From contig NC_043006.1 in the NCBI RefSeq assembly GCF_006345805.1, forward strand, positions 11,594,001-11,658,000: a stretch of DNA of 64,000 nucleotides, read 5' to 3'. Shown here in pieces: positions 38,745 through 53,035 of the stretch. A program made the translations under genes and the position numbers. The stretch is from Octopus sinensis. Taxonomy: Eukaryota. Position 1 is the first letter of the stretch. Every line of letters starts with the position of its first letter. The notes under the pieces were generated by a model. It was given only the letters and a program-made list of their open reading frames with translations. It searched no databases and was not told the DNA's origin.

Positions 38745-39680
38745 CAGGGGTTCTCAACCATTTTTTATATATGGACCCCTTTGATTTCTATTTTATTCTA
38801 GTGGATCCCCCACCCCCACCCCACCATAGCCATTTGATGTTTAACCCTTTAGCATTTAATCCGGCCCAAATATTCCACCTGTTTTATGTTAAAACTGTCT
38901 GGATCCAACCTCTCACACCTACCCTACAATGTCATTTTAAAAATATATAGCCACACCATTTAAATTTTGAAGCTGCAAAATAATATGTGATTAATTCAAA
39001 ACAGTAGGAATTAAATAAGCAATACATTTCACAAAGAAATCTGAATGCTTAAAGGGTTAAAAACCAGTTTTATAGATACTTCTGTCCAAATTCCTATTTT
39101 GCTTTTCAAACATTAACTTGTGTTGGCTGGACTCTGTAAAACATTAAAGAGAAGGAGAAACCTAGCTGTTTCTTGCAATCTAAACTACATCTAAAGCAAA
39201 ATACTTTCATGGACCCTTAATGTACTGCTGTGTGCCCTCGTCATCATCATCGTTTAACGTCCGCTTTCCACGCTAGCATGGGTTGGACGATTTTGACTGA
39301 GGGCTGGCGAACCAGATGGCTGCACCAGGCTCCAATCTTGATCTGGCAGAGTTTCTACAGCCGGATGCCCTTCCTAATGCCAACCACTCCCAGAGTGTAG
39401 TGGGTGTTTTTTACGTGCCACCGGCATGGGGGCCAGTCAAGTGGTACTGGCAACGACCTCGCTTTAATCTTTATACGCATGCCACCGGCACAGGTGCCAG
39501 TAAGGTGACGTTGGTAACGATCATGCTCGAATGGTGCGCTTTTACGTGCCACTGGCATGGAAGCCAGTTAACCGTTCTGTCAACGATCACGCTTGTATAG
39601 AGCTCTTTGCACCCCGCTAGTACGGATGCCAGTCATTGAATGTGTAATTTGCAAGCATGGACCCCGGTTGAGAACCACTG
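38745..39680. mobile_element. hAT-type MITE with nested insertions
   Basis: CAG(G/T)GGTTCTCAACC inverted ends; diverged 8-bp TSD AGCTAAAC/AGTTAGAC. Confidence 0.75.
38845..39056. mobile_element. piggyBac-type MITE
   Basis: TTAA|CCCTTTAGCATT...AATGCTTAAAGGG|TTAA. Confidence 0.85.
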
Positions 39681-40018
39681 AGTTAGACCCTTCAAGGAGG
39701 TGGCCCAGTATGCTGTTGTGACAAGTAAAAAGATGAAAGCATATCACAGGGAATTGGTTATTGTTCCTAAAAATGAAACAAAAGAAAAGAACAAACTTTT
39801 GGAATGTTTCTCAGTTACTCTTTTACTTGTTTCAGTCATTTGACTGTGGCCATGCTGGAGCACCGCCTTTAGTCGAGCAAATCGACCCCACGACTTATTC
39901 TTTGTAAGCCCAGTACTTATTCTATCGGTCTCTTCTGCTGAACTGCTAAGTGACGGGGACGTAAACACACCAGCATCGGTTGTCAAGCAATGCTAGGGGG
40001 ACAAACACAGACACACAA

Positions 40019-40049
<31 letters not shown>

Positions 40050-40593
40050 CATATATACGACAGGCTTCTTTCAGTTTCCGTCTACCAAATCCACTCACAA
40101 GGCATTGGTTGGCCCGGGGCTATAGCAGAAGACACTTGCCCAAGATGCCACGCAGTGGGACTGAACCCGGAACCATGTGGTTGGTTAGCAAGCTACTTAC
40201 CACACAGCCACTCCTGCGCCTATGTTGTTTATGAAAGTTGATTATTTTCACTGAATTAAATCGGAAACGGTAAAATGAAGAAAATCTAGGGAAACTTGTG
40301 GATGGCTTTGTCTGCAAATAGTAATGCGTAAATCTTAAACACTAAAAGAAAAAAGGAAAATGAAAATAATTACCACTCTCTGCTTTGTTGTTGTGTTGAT
40401 AATATTATTTAATTTCTAAAATCTGTGCATTTATGTTATACAAAAACATTTCACTGAACCCTGGAATTTCTACTTTTATAAGTAGGCTGTAATATCCTTG
40501 GCACCTTTGTGAAATTTTGCTACCCTGTTAACTATTTAATAATTTTTTCCATCTTATTTGTACACATTGAAAAAATACACATACATTTATATA

Positions 40594-40921
40594 TATATTA
40601 GAAGAAATGAGGTACTCAGAAATTCGGATGGTTTTATATTTACAGATATTTATTTGTATATTACATGTTTTTATACATCATATAACTTATATCATATATA
40701 TTAGCGCTTTCTCCCATTCTAGTGGGGTTTTCAAATCGAACTAAGTTGACCATTTTCACAGGAACTTAGTTCGATTTGAAAACCCCACTAGAATGGGAGA
40801 AAGCGCTAATATATGATATATGATATAGGTTATATGATGTATAAAAACATGTAATACACAAATAAATATCTGTAAATATAAAACCATCCAAATTTCTGAG
40901 TACCTCATTTCTTCTAATATA
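40594..40921. repeat. Near-perfect palindrome (~155-bp arms, 15-nt loop) in MED19 intron 5
   Basis: Arms 40594-40747 and 40763-40921; only a few substitutions and one small indel. Confidence 0.95.
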
Positions 40922-40947
40922 AAATACCTGTACATCATCTCCAAACC

Positions 40948-40988
<41 letters not shown>

Positions 40989-41038
40989 GAATATCAATAT
41001 CTATGGATGTATATATTTGAAATTTTCTTCTATTTCAG

Positions 41039-41095
41039 AAACACAGTCCAGAACATCCATTGTCTGTTCCATCATCATCGGATATTACTCTCTGA
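41039..41095 (+). CDS. MED19: MED19 terminal coding exon 6
   Basis: KHSPEHPLSVPSSSDITL* matches the MED19 HSP(D/E)HP motif; tttcag| acceptor. The six exons total 708 nt = 235 aa + stop. Confidence 0.88.
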   Translation, partial: KHSPEHPLSVPSSSDITL

Positions 41096-41297
41096 GTGCC
41101 ACCATTACCATTGTATTTTTACCATATTCTTTGAGCAACAAATTTAATCAAATGGTTATTTTCTCTTTTTTTTTTTTTCTCCTTGAACATCCAAATCTGT
41201 GGGATTTTTTAAAACTGTATGTCTTATAGTCTAACTAATTGCATTATTATTATTATTATTATTATTATTTTTATAATTATTATTATTATTATTATTA

Positions 41298-41508
41298 TGA
41301 ACCAGCAGAATTGTTAGCATGTTGGATGAAATACTTATTCGCATTTTTTTGTCTGTCTTTGCATTCAGAGCTCAAATTAAGCCAAAGTCAGCTTTGCCTT
41401 TCATTCCTTCACGGTTGATAAGATAAGTACCCATTACATACTGGAGTCGATGTAATCGACTTCTCCTCCCCTCAAAAACTGTTGGCCTTGTGCCAAAATT
41501 TTAAAACC

Positions 41509-41552
<44 letters not shown>

Positions 41553-42894
41553 CATTATGAGCTGGCAGAATTGTTACTAATCCAGACAAAAAATGCTTAC
41601 TGGTATTTCGTCCTTCTTTACGTTCTGAGTTCAAATTCTGCTGAAGTGGACTTTGTGTTTCATCCTTTTGGGGTTGATTAAATAAAGGACCAGCCGAACA
41701 TTGGGATCAGTATAATCGCCTAGCCCCCAGCCCCCCACTCCCCTAAACTTTCTGGCATGTATTAGAAACAGTTATTTTTATTATGAACTGACAGAAACAC
41801 TAATTAATGCTTCCGGCTGCAACATTCTCATTTCAAATCCAGCCAAGGTGGACTTTGCTGTTCATCCTTTTTGTGCAGTTGGTAAAATACACAGCAGTTG
41901 AACACTTGGGTTGTTGTAATCAACTTGTCTTCTCGTTTAAAATTGGTAGCTTTGTGCCAAAATTTGAAACCTTTCATTATTGGCAAGCTGGCAGAATCAT
42001 TAGCACGCTGGGCAGAATGCTTTTATCCACCTTTACATTCAGTGTTCAAATTCCGCCGAGGTTGACTTTGCCTTTTATCCTTTTGGAGCCAATAAATCAA
42101 GTACCAGTGAAACACTGAGGTTGATGCAGTCAACTAGCCCCCTCTCCCGCAATTTCAGGCCTTGTGCCTTTAGTAGAAAGAATTATTATTATTCGTTAGG
42201 AAGGGCATCCAGCCGTAGAAACACTGCCAGATTTGACTGGGCCTGATGAAGCCTTCTGGCTTCACAGACCCCAGTAGAACCGTCCAACCCATGCTAGCAT
42301 GGAAAGCGGACGCTAAACGATGATGATGATGATGATGATGATGATTATTATTATTATTGAGTGAGAGAGCAGTGCATGCCATCAAAGTGAGACCGGGGTA
42401 AAATATACGAAGCCCAGTATACACATCATGACTACCCGTCTGATAAGGGTACACCAGGCACATGCATCACAACCATATGTGCGCGACATGGTGATCTCAT
42501 ATCAAGATAAACAGCGCATGACCTTGCAGGTGGGGCCCAGTTAGAATATTCTTCTGGTCGAGTAGCCCATCCTGCTCAAAGGGTCCCCGAATAAGGATTG
42601 TTTAAGGATGTTGAATGAACCACCCATGTTTCCAGAGGTGAATTATTCAAATCCCAAAGAATCCCTCTCAACACACGGCTATGATGCTCCCCCACTACTT
42701 CTGCTCATGATCAGAGATGCACATATCGTCAGCCACTAAGGGACATGCTCAACTGGTTAAGGTCAAACAACTGACAAGCAAATCTGTGGTATTGAGCAAG
42801 AATATTTGCTGTAGCCCATCTTTTAGACCAAGACAAAACAATGTACATGATAACACTTCCAATCAGTTAAGATCAGAACCCACAAGAGCCACTG

Positions 42895-42930
<36 letters not shown>

Positions 42931-44345
42931 GTTATTATTATTATTATTACATAAGGTGGGGAGTTGGCAGAATCATTAGCATTCTGGACAAAATGCTTAG
43001 CAGCATTTCCTCTGTCTGTACATTCTGAGTTCAAATTCTGCTGAGGTTGACTTTCAAGGCTGATAAAATAAGTACCAGTGAAATACTGGGGATGATGTAA
43101 TAATCAACGAGCACCCTCCTCTAACCTTTCAGGCCTTGTACCCCTAGTAGAAAGAATTATTATTATCATATGCGGGCAGCAGGTTAATCAGAGAAAACAC
43201 TTTGCAGTATTTCTGGCTTTTCATGTTCTTAATTCAAATCCTGCTGAGATTATATACGCTTTTCATTCCTCTGGAGGTCGACTGTATAACTTGATCCACC
43301 CACCTCAAAGTCGTTGGTCTTGTGCCTAGATTAGAACCCGGTATTAAAGTGGCGAGCTGGCAGAAACGTTAGCACGCCAGGCGAAATGCTTAGCGGTATT
43401 TCGTCTGCGTTACGTTGTGAGTTCAAATTCCGCCGAGGTCGACTTTGCCTTTCATCCTTTCGGGGTCGATAAATTAAGTACCAGTTACGCACTGGGGTCG
43501 ATGTAATCGACTTAATACCTATGTCTGCCCTTGTTTGTCCCTTCTGTGTTTAGCCCCTTGTGGGTGGTAAAGAAATAGGTATTAAAGTGGCAAGCTGGCA
43601 GAATTGGTAGAGCGTTGGAAAAAAATGTCTTGCAGTATTTGTTCCAGTTCCATACATTTCTGAGTTCAATTTCTGCTGTGGTCAACTTTTCTTTTCATCT
43701 TTTCAGGGTTTGATAAAATATACTCTCTCTTTTACTCCTTTGCTTGTTGCAGTCATTTGACTGTGGCCATGCTGGAGCACCGCCTTTAGTCAGGCAAATC
43801 GACCCCCCAGGACTTGTTCTTTGTAAGCCTAGTACTTATTCTATTGGTCCTTTTTGCTGAACTGCTAAGTTACGGGGACGTAAACACACCAGCATCAGTT
43901 GTCAAGCGATGTTGGGGGAACAAACACAGACACACAACCACACACGCACACACATATATATACGTATGTCACTATGTTCTGAGTTCAAATTCTGCTGAGT
44001 TTGACCTTGCTTTTCATCCTTTTTGGGGTCGATAAATTAAGTACCAGTTGAGTACCTGGATCGATGTGATCATCTCCCTCCCCGCAAAAATCCAGGCCTT
44101 GTGCCTATAAGTAGAAAAGTTTATTATTAAGGCAGTGAGCTGGCAGAATTGTTAGCATGTTGGACGAAATGCTTAGCGGTATTTTGCCTGTCACTATGTT
44201 CCAAGTTCAAATTCCACTGAGGTTGACTTTGCCTTTCATTTTAGGGTTGATTAAAAAAGTAGCATTTACACACTGGGGTTGATGTAATTGACTTAACCCC
44301 TTTCCCCAAATTTCAGGCCTTGTGCCTACAGTAGAAAGGATAATT
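41298..44345 (+). mobile_element. Head-to-tail cluster of older family B-related SINEs with (ATT)n tails, plus family A/C/E insertions
   Basis: Repeated GGCAGAATTGTTAGC...GAGTTCAAATTC...GGCCTTGTGCC...AGAAAGGATTATTATT units; a similar cluster lies at ~19494-20280. Confidence 0.75.
42358..42895 (-). mobile_element. Long SINE-like element (family E) with (TAA)n tail
   Basis: ~540 bp between (ATT)n tracts; family assignment from recall only. Confidence 0.55.
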
Positions 44346-45370
44346 ATTATTTTCATTATTATGCTTATATTTTATAAAATCCCGGTCACCTTCATTTTGC
44401 CAAAACTAGCAGCGATCTGCAGTGTATGAATCTAAAATAGACAATTAAATGTCACCAGTTTCTCACTTGCTTTCTTTGGTGGGTGTATTAATTAAAAAAA
44501 TAGGAAATTCAATTTAATGGCAAAAGGAAAAGAAATGCAGTTTTGATACTTTTACAGATTCAAGATGGTCTGTGTAGGCAAGAAAAGACAATTTGAGGAA
44601 TTTGCAAAGAGAAAACTTATCATGATTTGTTATACTTTAACATTTTGGGGAGAAGAAATATATTGCAGTGTGACATTCGTTATCTGAAAATATTTAGTAT
44701 ATATTCTCTTCTTGGAACACTCATGTTTCTTAATTTTTTTACTCTTAGAGAATAGACATTTCTAGCCCTTCCTGTGGCAAACTTATTTATTCCATGCAAC
44801 TGGAATAAATAAAGAAATAAAGCAATATTTTTTCCGCTACATTTCTTGAAAGCTTTAGAATCAGGTTTAGAATCTTGAAGTGAAATAAATGTTTTTTTTT
44901 AATTGATTAATAGTCTGTTAGAAAATTTGGCTAAGATGTCATGTGTAGCAGGGAAAATGTTAAGTCAATTGACATGGGAACGATTAAGAAGAAATCTTTA
45001 ATTACCTTAATTAATTTTGAAAATGATTGATGACTTTTTCATTTTTGGTATTACATGTAATAACATGTTGAATTTTTGTAATTAGTGGGAGTTAAGCCTG
45101 AAGTTAATTAGCATTTGTTAATTATATATTGCTACATCATTTTATCACACATGTATATATTTTGAGTTGGTGTATAACCATAAATATATCCATGATAATT
45201 AAGAGGTCAATTAACAAAACATCATTAAACTCCAGCACATTGTTATGGTGCCCAAATCCTGGTGGAATAAACTTACATGTATATATAGAATTGGTTAAAA
45301 TGATAGTTCAGAAATGCATGTTTCACATATAATTCTTCATTCATTTGTGCTCTACAGCTGTTTCAATGGG

Positions 45371-45418
<48 letters not shown>

Positions 45419-45421
45419 ATA

Positions 45422-45510
<89 letters not shown>

Positions 45511-46525
45511 ATGTATATATATGAGAGAGAGACAGAGACAGGGAAGCACATAAGTGCAAAATTAGATGGTGGGGGGTGGGGGAAATAACTCTTGAATACC
45601 AAAGATAGTGTAAAATAGTATTTTATTAAACCCGAAAAGACTTCACAAAATGTTAGTCAGAGTGTCACGTAACCAATCTTAGTTTATTTGTATGAGGGGG
45701 AGGGCTAGGCATACGTAGAAGATCATTGGCTGGTAGTTTATACAATTGAAATTTGAAATTTCTGAGGTTAAATGGTGGATTGAATACAGCTGCAAGGATT
45801 AACTCGAAAGGCAGTTGTATGGAATATCATTCTTCAAAACGGAACACTTGAAAACACCCAAGTTATCAGATTGCTGCTGCAGGGTCGCATTGTAAGCATG
45901 TAGCTGCTGTTTTACTTAAGGTAATACAGGTTATGGAAAAAAGGGTTTATTTGGGAAAATATATATTTTATTTATATTTAACATCTGTCATAATAAAGTT
46001 TTGTACTTTAAATGCAAATTTTGTTTGAATTCTTTTGAATTAACCATTCAATAAATGCTTTTTCTCCCAACCTTGTAGCATTTTTTAAAAACAGCTCTCC
46101 ACACCTTGTGAAGAATACCTACATATATATAAATACTAAGAGGGGTTGAACGAAATAATAACAACGCCAGTTTTTGCTATTTGACTAATTTTTCTACTGG
46201 TAATATAACAAATTCCGAAGGTGGCGAGCTGGGCAGAATTGTTAGCACGCCGGGCAAAATGCTCTGCGGGATTTCGTCCGTCTTTACGTTCTGAGTTCGA
46301 ATTCTGCCGGAGTCGACTTTGCCTTATAAGTACCAGTTGAGCACTGGGGGTGATATAATCAATTTCTCCACCGAAATTGCTGGCTTTGTGCCAAAATTTG
46401 AAAGCAATTTCCAAATTCAAAGCTGTTCAAGTCTGTATATATGTGTTCACATGCATTATGAAGCCTTTGTACTTCAAGATACAACCCATTGTTATTCTTT
46501 GTTTGCAGATTTATATATTTAAATA

Positions 46526-47750
46526 CGAGGAGGTACTCAAATGTAATCAGAAACGTTCTCCCTGGGACAAAGCCGTTGTAGTTCAGGCTTCCACCGCTAG
46601 AACCCACTTTATGTAACACTCAGGTATCAGTCTCCCGACCGGCGTCGTCATGTATAATCGTACTTCCACGTGGTTCGTCTTTGTTTTGTAGTGCTTCCAT
46701 CAAAATTCTGTTTTCTGCTGAGGAAAACGGTGGCCGAAACAGCTGCCATGCTTCAAACAGCTTATAAGGAGGCTGTCATGAGCAAAACACAAGTTTACGA
46801 GTGATTTTCACGATTTACGAACGGTCACTTGTCCTTTGAAGACCAGTCTTGTTCAGGACGACCGTCGACCTCTCGAACGAATGAAAACATCATGAAAAGT
46901 CATAAACTGTTCTTGGAAAACCGTCACCGAACAATTGACGAACTTGTTGATATGACTGGTGCGTACTGGGGTCCCTGCCAACGATTTTTGAGCGAGGAAT
47001 TGCGAATGAAATGAGTTGCAGCGAAATTTGTGTCTCACTTAGTCACGGAAGGTCAAAAGCAGTCACGATTGAACGCGTATCGTGAACTGAAAGAACAGTT
47101 GGAAGTTGATCCAGTTCTTTCTTCGAAGATCATTACTAGTGACGAGCGGACTCGCGGTCGTAGGATCGCGGTTTCGATTCCCAGACCGGGCATTGTGAGT
47201 GTTTATTGAGCGAAAACACCTAAAAGCTCCACGAGGCTCCGGCAAGGGATGTTGGTGATCCCTGCTGTACTCTTTCACCACAACTTTCTCTCACTCTTAC
47301 TTCCTGTTTCTGTTGTACCTGTATTTCAAAGGGCCGGCCTTGTCACTCTCTGTGTCACGCTGAATATCCCCGAGAACTACGGTAAGGGTACACGTGTCTG
47401 CGGAGTGCTCAGCCACTTACACGTTAATTTCACGAGCAGCCTGTTCCGTTGATTCGGATCAACCGGAACCCTCGTCGTCGTAACCGACGGAGTGCTTCCA
47501 AACTAGTGACGAAGGCTGGTGCTACGGAATTTTCAGATGTGGAAGAGATGAAGAAGAAAACGATGGAGGCGCTAAAAGGCATCACTTCGCAAGAGTTCCA
47601 GTACTGCTTCCTACAGTGGAAAACGTATTTGGTCCGATGCATTGCTTCAAATTGGAAAATACTTTGAAGGTGATGAAAAAGGGTAAACATGTAAAATTTA
47701 GTGAATAAAATAACATTGCAAAATTCCGGTTTCTTTTGGGTACTCCCTCA
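46526..47750 (+). mobile_element. Mariner (DD34D-type) transposon relic, internally deleted
   Basis: TA|CGAGG...CCTCA|TA ends; EDQSCSGRPSTS, VAAKFV, IITSDE and FSDVEEMKKK peptides with stops. Confidence 0.85.
47146..47501 (+). mobile_element. 5'-truncated SINE family D inside the mariner
   Basis: 11-bp TSD ACTAGTGACGA (47135-47145, 47502-47512). Confidence 0.9.
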
Positions 47751-47759
47751 TAAGTTAAA

Positions 47760-48862
47760 ATGCATGACCTATCTGATTTCCAAAGGGCGCACGGATTACT
47801 GGAACTTGAGACACTAAAACCACTGAATTGTTTTATGTTTCGAGAAATATAGTCTCTAAAATCACGTACACATTCCAAAGCGATGTTTTGGCAAGTATCA
47901 CTCTGGACAGGCGGCAAAGGTCAGAGAAGGAGCATAGGATAGTGAAATGCGTTGTGTCTAAAAACAATATGACGACGGTTGCAAAAGCGCTGGCAAAGCT
48001 ATACCACCACTTGCCAACACTGTGTCAACCAAAGCCGTTAATTGCGAGCTCCGCAGAGGTGGATACCTATTTCTTTACTACCCACAAGGGGCTAAACACA
48101 GAGAGCACAAACAAGGACAGACAGACAGACGGATTAAGTCGATTATATCGACCCCAGTGTGTAACTGGTACTTATTTAATCGACCCCGAAAGGATGAAAG
48201 GCAAAGTGGACCTCGGCGGAATTTGAACTCAGAACGTAGCGGCAGACGAAATACCGCTAAGCATTTCGCCTGGCGTGCTAACGATTCTGCCAGCTCACCG
48301 CCTTATAATACCTATTTCTCTACTACCCACAAGGGTTTTTGCCAGCTCGCCGCCTTATAGAGGCGGGTACCGTGAGAAGGCTGCAATTGCTGAAACCTCT
48401 CGTGTCCCCCATCAACATTGAGAAGCAAAGAGAAAAAAAATGGTGTGCAAACTACAAGAAATGGTCAATGGCTCATTGGAATAATGTCATCTCTGGAGAA
48501 TCAATATTCATCTTTTTTCCCTCGACATCGGAGTTCCCTACTGTGAAGTATGGAGATAACTCTGCGATGATTTAGGCAGCGATATCACTGACCTCTCTTA
48601 GCCCTTTAGGTGTTCTACATCGCAGAGTTAATGCTAAGGATTATCCGAGTATTTTGGCTGATTATGTCCATCCTGTGGTACAAACATTATTTCAAGATGG
48701 TAACACAGTCTCCTAAAAAAAGTAATGTGCCGATTCTCGCGGTTAATGTTATTTAAAATTGGTACAAAGAACACAGAAGCGAAGAATACCACTTGGATTG
48801 CACCACCCCTATTTCCGATTACGGACCTTAATATAATCGAAACCTTTATGGCGCATTTTGCT
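47760..48862 (+). pseudogene. Degraded Tc1-type transposase, split by SINE B (~48062-48360)
   Basis: DLSDFQR, VSRNIVSKI, WNNVI, VKYG..S.MI and TDLNIIETFM remnants. Confidence 0.7.
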
Positions 48863-49527
48863 GCAGGAGCTGTTGCTGTTGAGCGAATGGTCTTCGTCCC
48901 AGAGCTCGCAAGATGGGAGAAGTCCGAAACGTGGTCCTTTGCTATTCGTAAGACCCGCAGAAGAGAAAGCAGGTTAACACCCGACACCGAGAGCATCGAC
49001 GGATGGATAATGTGCATCAAGGCTCAGCGGTTGCGCAGGAAGTCGGGGACTGCTGCAGGAGCTGAGGAGCTGCTCCTGTCCACCATCTTCGCTGAAAGAA
49101 TTGCTAAAAAAACTTCCTAACAACACTATTTATTATTATGGTTGGGTTCCAACCAACCCGGGCTGTAGCAACAAGGTCCACCCGCCACACTTCTCGATCC
49201 AACATCACAGCTTCGAGGTCCTGGATATACATTCCAGGCCATTGTCTGGGACCAAGTGGTCAATGTAGATTTGACAATATTTTCCTCTTCTGTAAGTTTG
49301 TCGACATTTTCATTACCATGAAGTGGTGTCCACAAGACTAATTTAGACGTATTAAAGTTTGATGTATTAAATATTGACCAAATCTGTATTAAATAAAACT
49401 TCCATTTAACTAGGTGTTTCCAGCATTTTCTCCAACAATTGTACCGATCTAAACCCTCAAAATGTATATGCATGTATGTGTGTGAGTGTGCGTATATATA
49501 TATTTGTATACATATATATGCGCGCGC

Positions 49528-49583
<56 letters not shown>

Positions 49584-49894
49584 TATATATACATACGCAC
49601 ACTCATATATATATATATCACATAAACATATGCATAGAATGAACTTTACGCTGTACATATTTACATATACACACGCCCAACACATGTATACATACGTACA
49701 TACATGTATGACGTATGTATGTATGTATGTTATGTATGTATGTATGTATGCGTGATATATATGTTACACACATATATACTTAATGTAAGTATATATATAA
49801 TGTAAATATTTTATATATGTATATATATATATATAATATATATATATACATACATACACACATACATATCTATCTTTCTATCTATCTATCTATC

Positions 49895-49952
<58 letters not shown>

Positions 49953-50505
49953 ATATATATATATATATAGATATATATATATATATATTATATATATATA
50001 ATATATATATACTTACTTTCACCTATTTTCTAAGATTTATTGCATAGCATAACATTAACAAATGAGGCTGTCATTTTATTAAGACATGATAATATCTGAA
50101 ATTCTGGATTGATATAATGGTTTTATCAGAAATTACATAATGCAATTAAGGAGGTTATTTAACTTAATTATACACGATTCTGTTTTAATGGTTATGGAAA
50201 TTATGAAATAAATTCTCAAAAATAACTGGAAACTTTTCTGTGCGTGCAAATTTATCAACCATTTCTGGAAATTTGGAATATTTATGTATTTATTTATTTA
50301 TATATTCTTTTCTCTTGATGTTCTGACATGGTTATGTGGTTAAACTTGCTTGCCAACCATATGGTTTCGAGTTCAATCGGTCTGTGTAGCACTTTGGGGA
50401 AGTATCCTGTACTACAGCCCTGAATCGACTAAAGCTTTGTGAATGGATTTTGTACATAGGAAAAAGGTAGTCATGCACACACACATACACACACAAACAC
50501 ACACA

Positions 50506-50545
<40 letters not shown>

Positions 50546-50777
50546 CAAACACACGCACACACATATATATGTTATAAAATGCAAACTGGGACAAGAACGT
50601 AAAACATCTAGAAGACGATACAAAAAACACGGACGGGACATTTGAAGCCTTCGGTCTTCAGTCAAGAACCGGATCATCCTCGCAATTTCGGCTGATTAAT
50701 CTTGAGATTGCTCCGACCTGGCCAGCCCCAAAGGAAAATCTAAGCCAAGCGCATTAGATTCCTTGGAGGAAAGCCTC

Positions 50778-50816
<39 letters not shown>

Positions 50817-50823
50817 TAATATA

Positions 50824-51900
50824 TTAGGTCGTCAAGTATGAAATTTGTAGAAAGAAAAGAAGTTTGTTAATGTTTTATAAAAACAAGGAATAGCTTTATT
50901 CATCAAGGTGTGCACCCATATTGTCAATACAGTTTTGTCATTTCAGCGGTAGCCTGTCTAGCCCGGAACTGTAAAAGCCTGGCAATCTAGAGTCAATAAA
51001 TCCAAATTCTGGAAGAAGTGGTAGTCAGCGGGGGCAAGATCAGGTGAGTATGGTGGATGATGGAGAACTTCCAACTCCAACTTCAGTGGTTTCGCCAATG
51101 TCATTTTTGTGATGGGAAGTCTGGCGTTGACTTGCAATAAAATAGGAGTGGTTATGTTTACTAATCTAGGCTGCCTTTTTGCGAGTTTCTGCATCATTTG
51201 GTCCAGTTGGCTGCAGTATACTTCGGCCGTTATTGATGAGCCAGGTTTAATGAAATTATAATGGATCACACATGCGCCAGACAACCAAACATATACCATC
51301 AGCTTCTTTGGAGGAATTTTGCTTTTTGGACTGTGTTTTGATGGCTCGTCTTTGTCGAACCATTATGCTGAACGTTTACAGTTGTCGTACTGGATCCATT
51401 TCTCATCACGTTACAATTCGATTAAAAAATGATTCATTTTCGTGACGAGAAAGTAGCATAATGTAGACTTCCAAACGTTGCTGTTTCTGATTTTCATTGA
51501 GTTCTGGTGGAACCCACTTATCCAACATTTTTGCCTTGCCGATTTGAACTAGGTGAGTCAATATTATTTGCTTGCTAACACCAAACAACAACAATAATTC
51601 AGGGGCACTTTGGGATGGATCTGACTCGACGGTGGCTTTCAGTTCGTCATTATGCATCTTTGTTTCTGGTCGACCGCGTTGCTCATTTGTGAGGTCAAAG
51701 TTGCCAGAACGAAACTTTGCTAACCAATTTGATGCTGCCCAATGTGTAATAACATTAGAATGAAATACTCCATTAATATTCCAAGCTGTCTGTGATGATC
51801 TGTTTCCAAGGAAGAACTCATATTTGAAAACTGTACAAATTTCCGACTTATCCAACTATAAACAAAAACAGGGAAAAAAAAAACGATTTATAAATACTTT
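50824..51900 (-). mobile_element. Mariner (Hsmar1/cecropia-like) transposase pseudogene
   Basis: MDKSEI...GRPET...LDKWVPPEL...IVT and HPPYSPDLAPADYHFF motifs, broken by stops and frameshifts. Confidence 0.9.
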
Positions 51901-52122
51901 ATAAAACGCAATATGAGTTAGAATAAAGAAATAGATGCGTCAGCTTTCTAACAAAAAATAAAGTATGTCAAAATATAATAATGGCGTAAAATGTGCAGCT
52001 GTTAGAATTTACCATATATCTTACTACAAATTTCATACGTGACGACCTAATATATGTATATGTACGTGTGTATATACATACATACATACATACATACATA
52101 CATACATACATACATACATACA

Positions 52123-52158
<36 letters not shown>

Positions 52159-52244
52159 TGTGTGTGTGTGTATATATGTATATGCGTATGTATATATATA
52201 TATGCATAGTGTATAAATATGTATATATGTATCTCAAAAGAGAT

Positions 52245-52610
52245 CTAAGGAAGAATGTTACGATCGAGAAGGTGACTGACAATGACCTTTCTGTGTACAC
52301 AGTTTGTGACAGACAATGTCTGTCTTTTGCTGGACTCAAAACTCACTTGCGAACCTCTGGAAAACGAACCTCAACCAACTATTCTGCCTAAATATGTCTG
52401 TGCACACCCTTGAATGCAGTGTATGCCAGGAGTTTTGCAAATTTAACGGAGGCCCCAAAAGACATTTTAAGATACACAAAGATCAGAACTTATCTGCAGC
52501 TCTTGGTGGTCCAAATCGGATGTGTAATCTATGTGGGTGTCTTTTCAGAACATTGTCTGGTTTAAAAAGTCACATCAGATGCCATGATGGTGCTAAGGTG
52601 TAGATACAGG
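52245..52610 (+). mobile_element. LINE 3' fragment with three C2H2 zinc-finger remnants
   Basis: TVCDRQCLSFAGLKTHLR, CSVCQEFCKFNGGPKRHFKIH and CNLCGCLFRTLSGLKSHIRCH, with frame breaks. Confidence 0.65.
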
Positions 52611-52753
52611 AGGTGGTAGAGCAACTATGATTGTATGTCTTTTCATTTCTTGAGTTAGAATGATATCTTGAAAGGGTTACACGGAAATGTTACACGGAAT
52701 AATTTGAAGGTGTATTGAACCAAAAAGAAAATGTCCCAAAATACCCCTCGCAC

Positions 52754-52850
<97 letters not shown>

Positions 52851-53035
52851 TATAAAAGGCTTAGTAAAATAAATTACTTTGCCGCATACTGAACTCATTA
52901 GAAATAGCAGCTAAAAAATCTTTTTTAAAACTATTTCCAATACTTAAAGAAAATCTCTCTCATATAGTGCTTGCTCAATTCAACTCACGAAAGTATGGGG
53001 GTAGAGACATTAAAAAATCAAATGCAAAGGTTATT

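Noticed and set aside
42241-42270. CTGATGA followed by AGCC/GGCT hairpin
   Set aside because: Chance mutation inside a family C copy; no GAAA.
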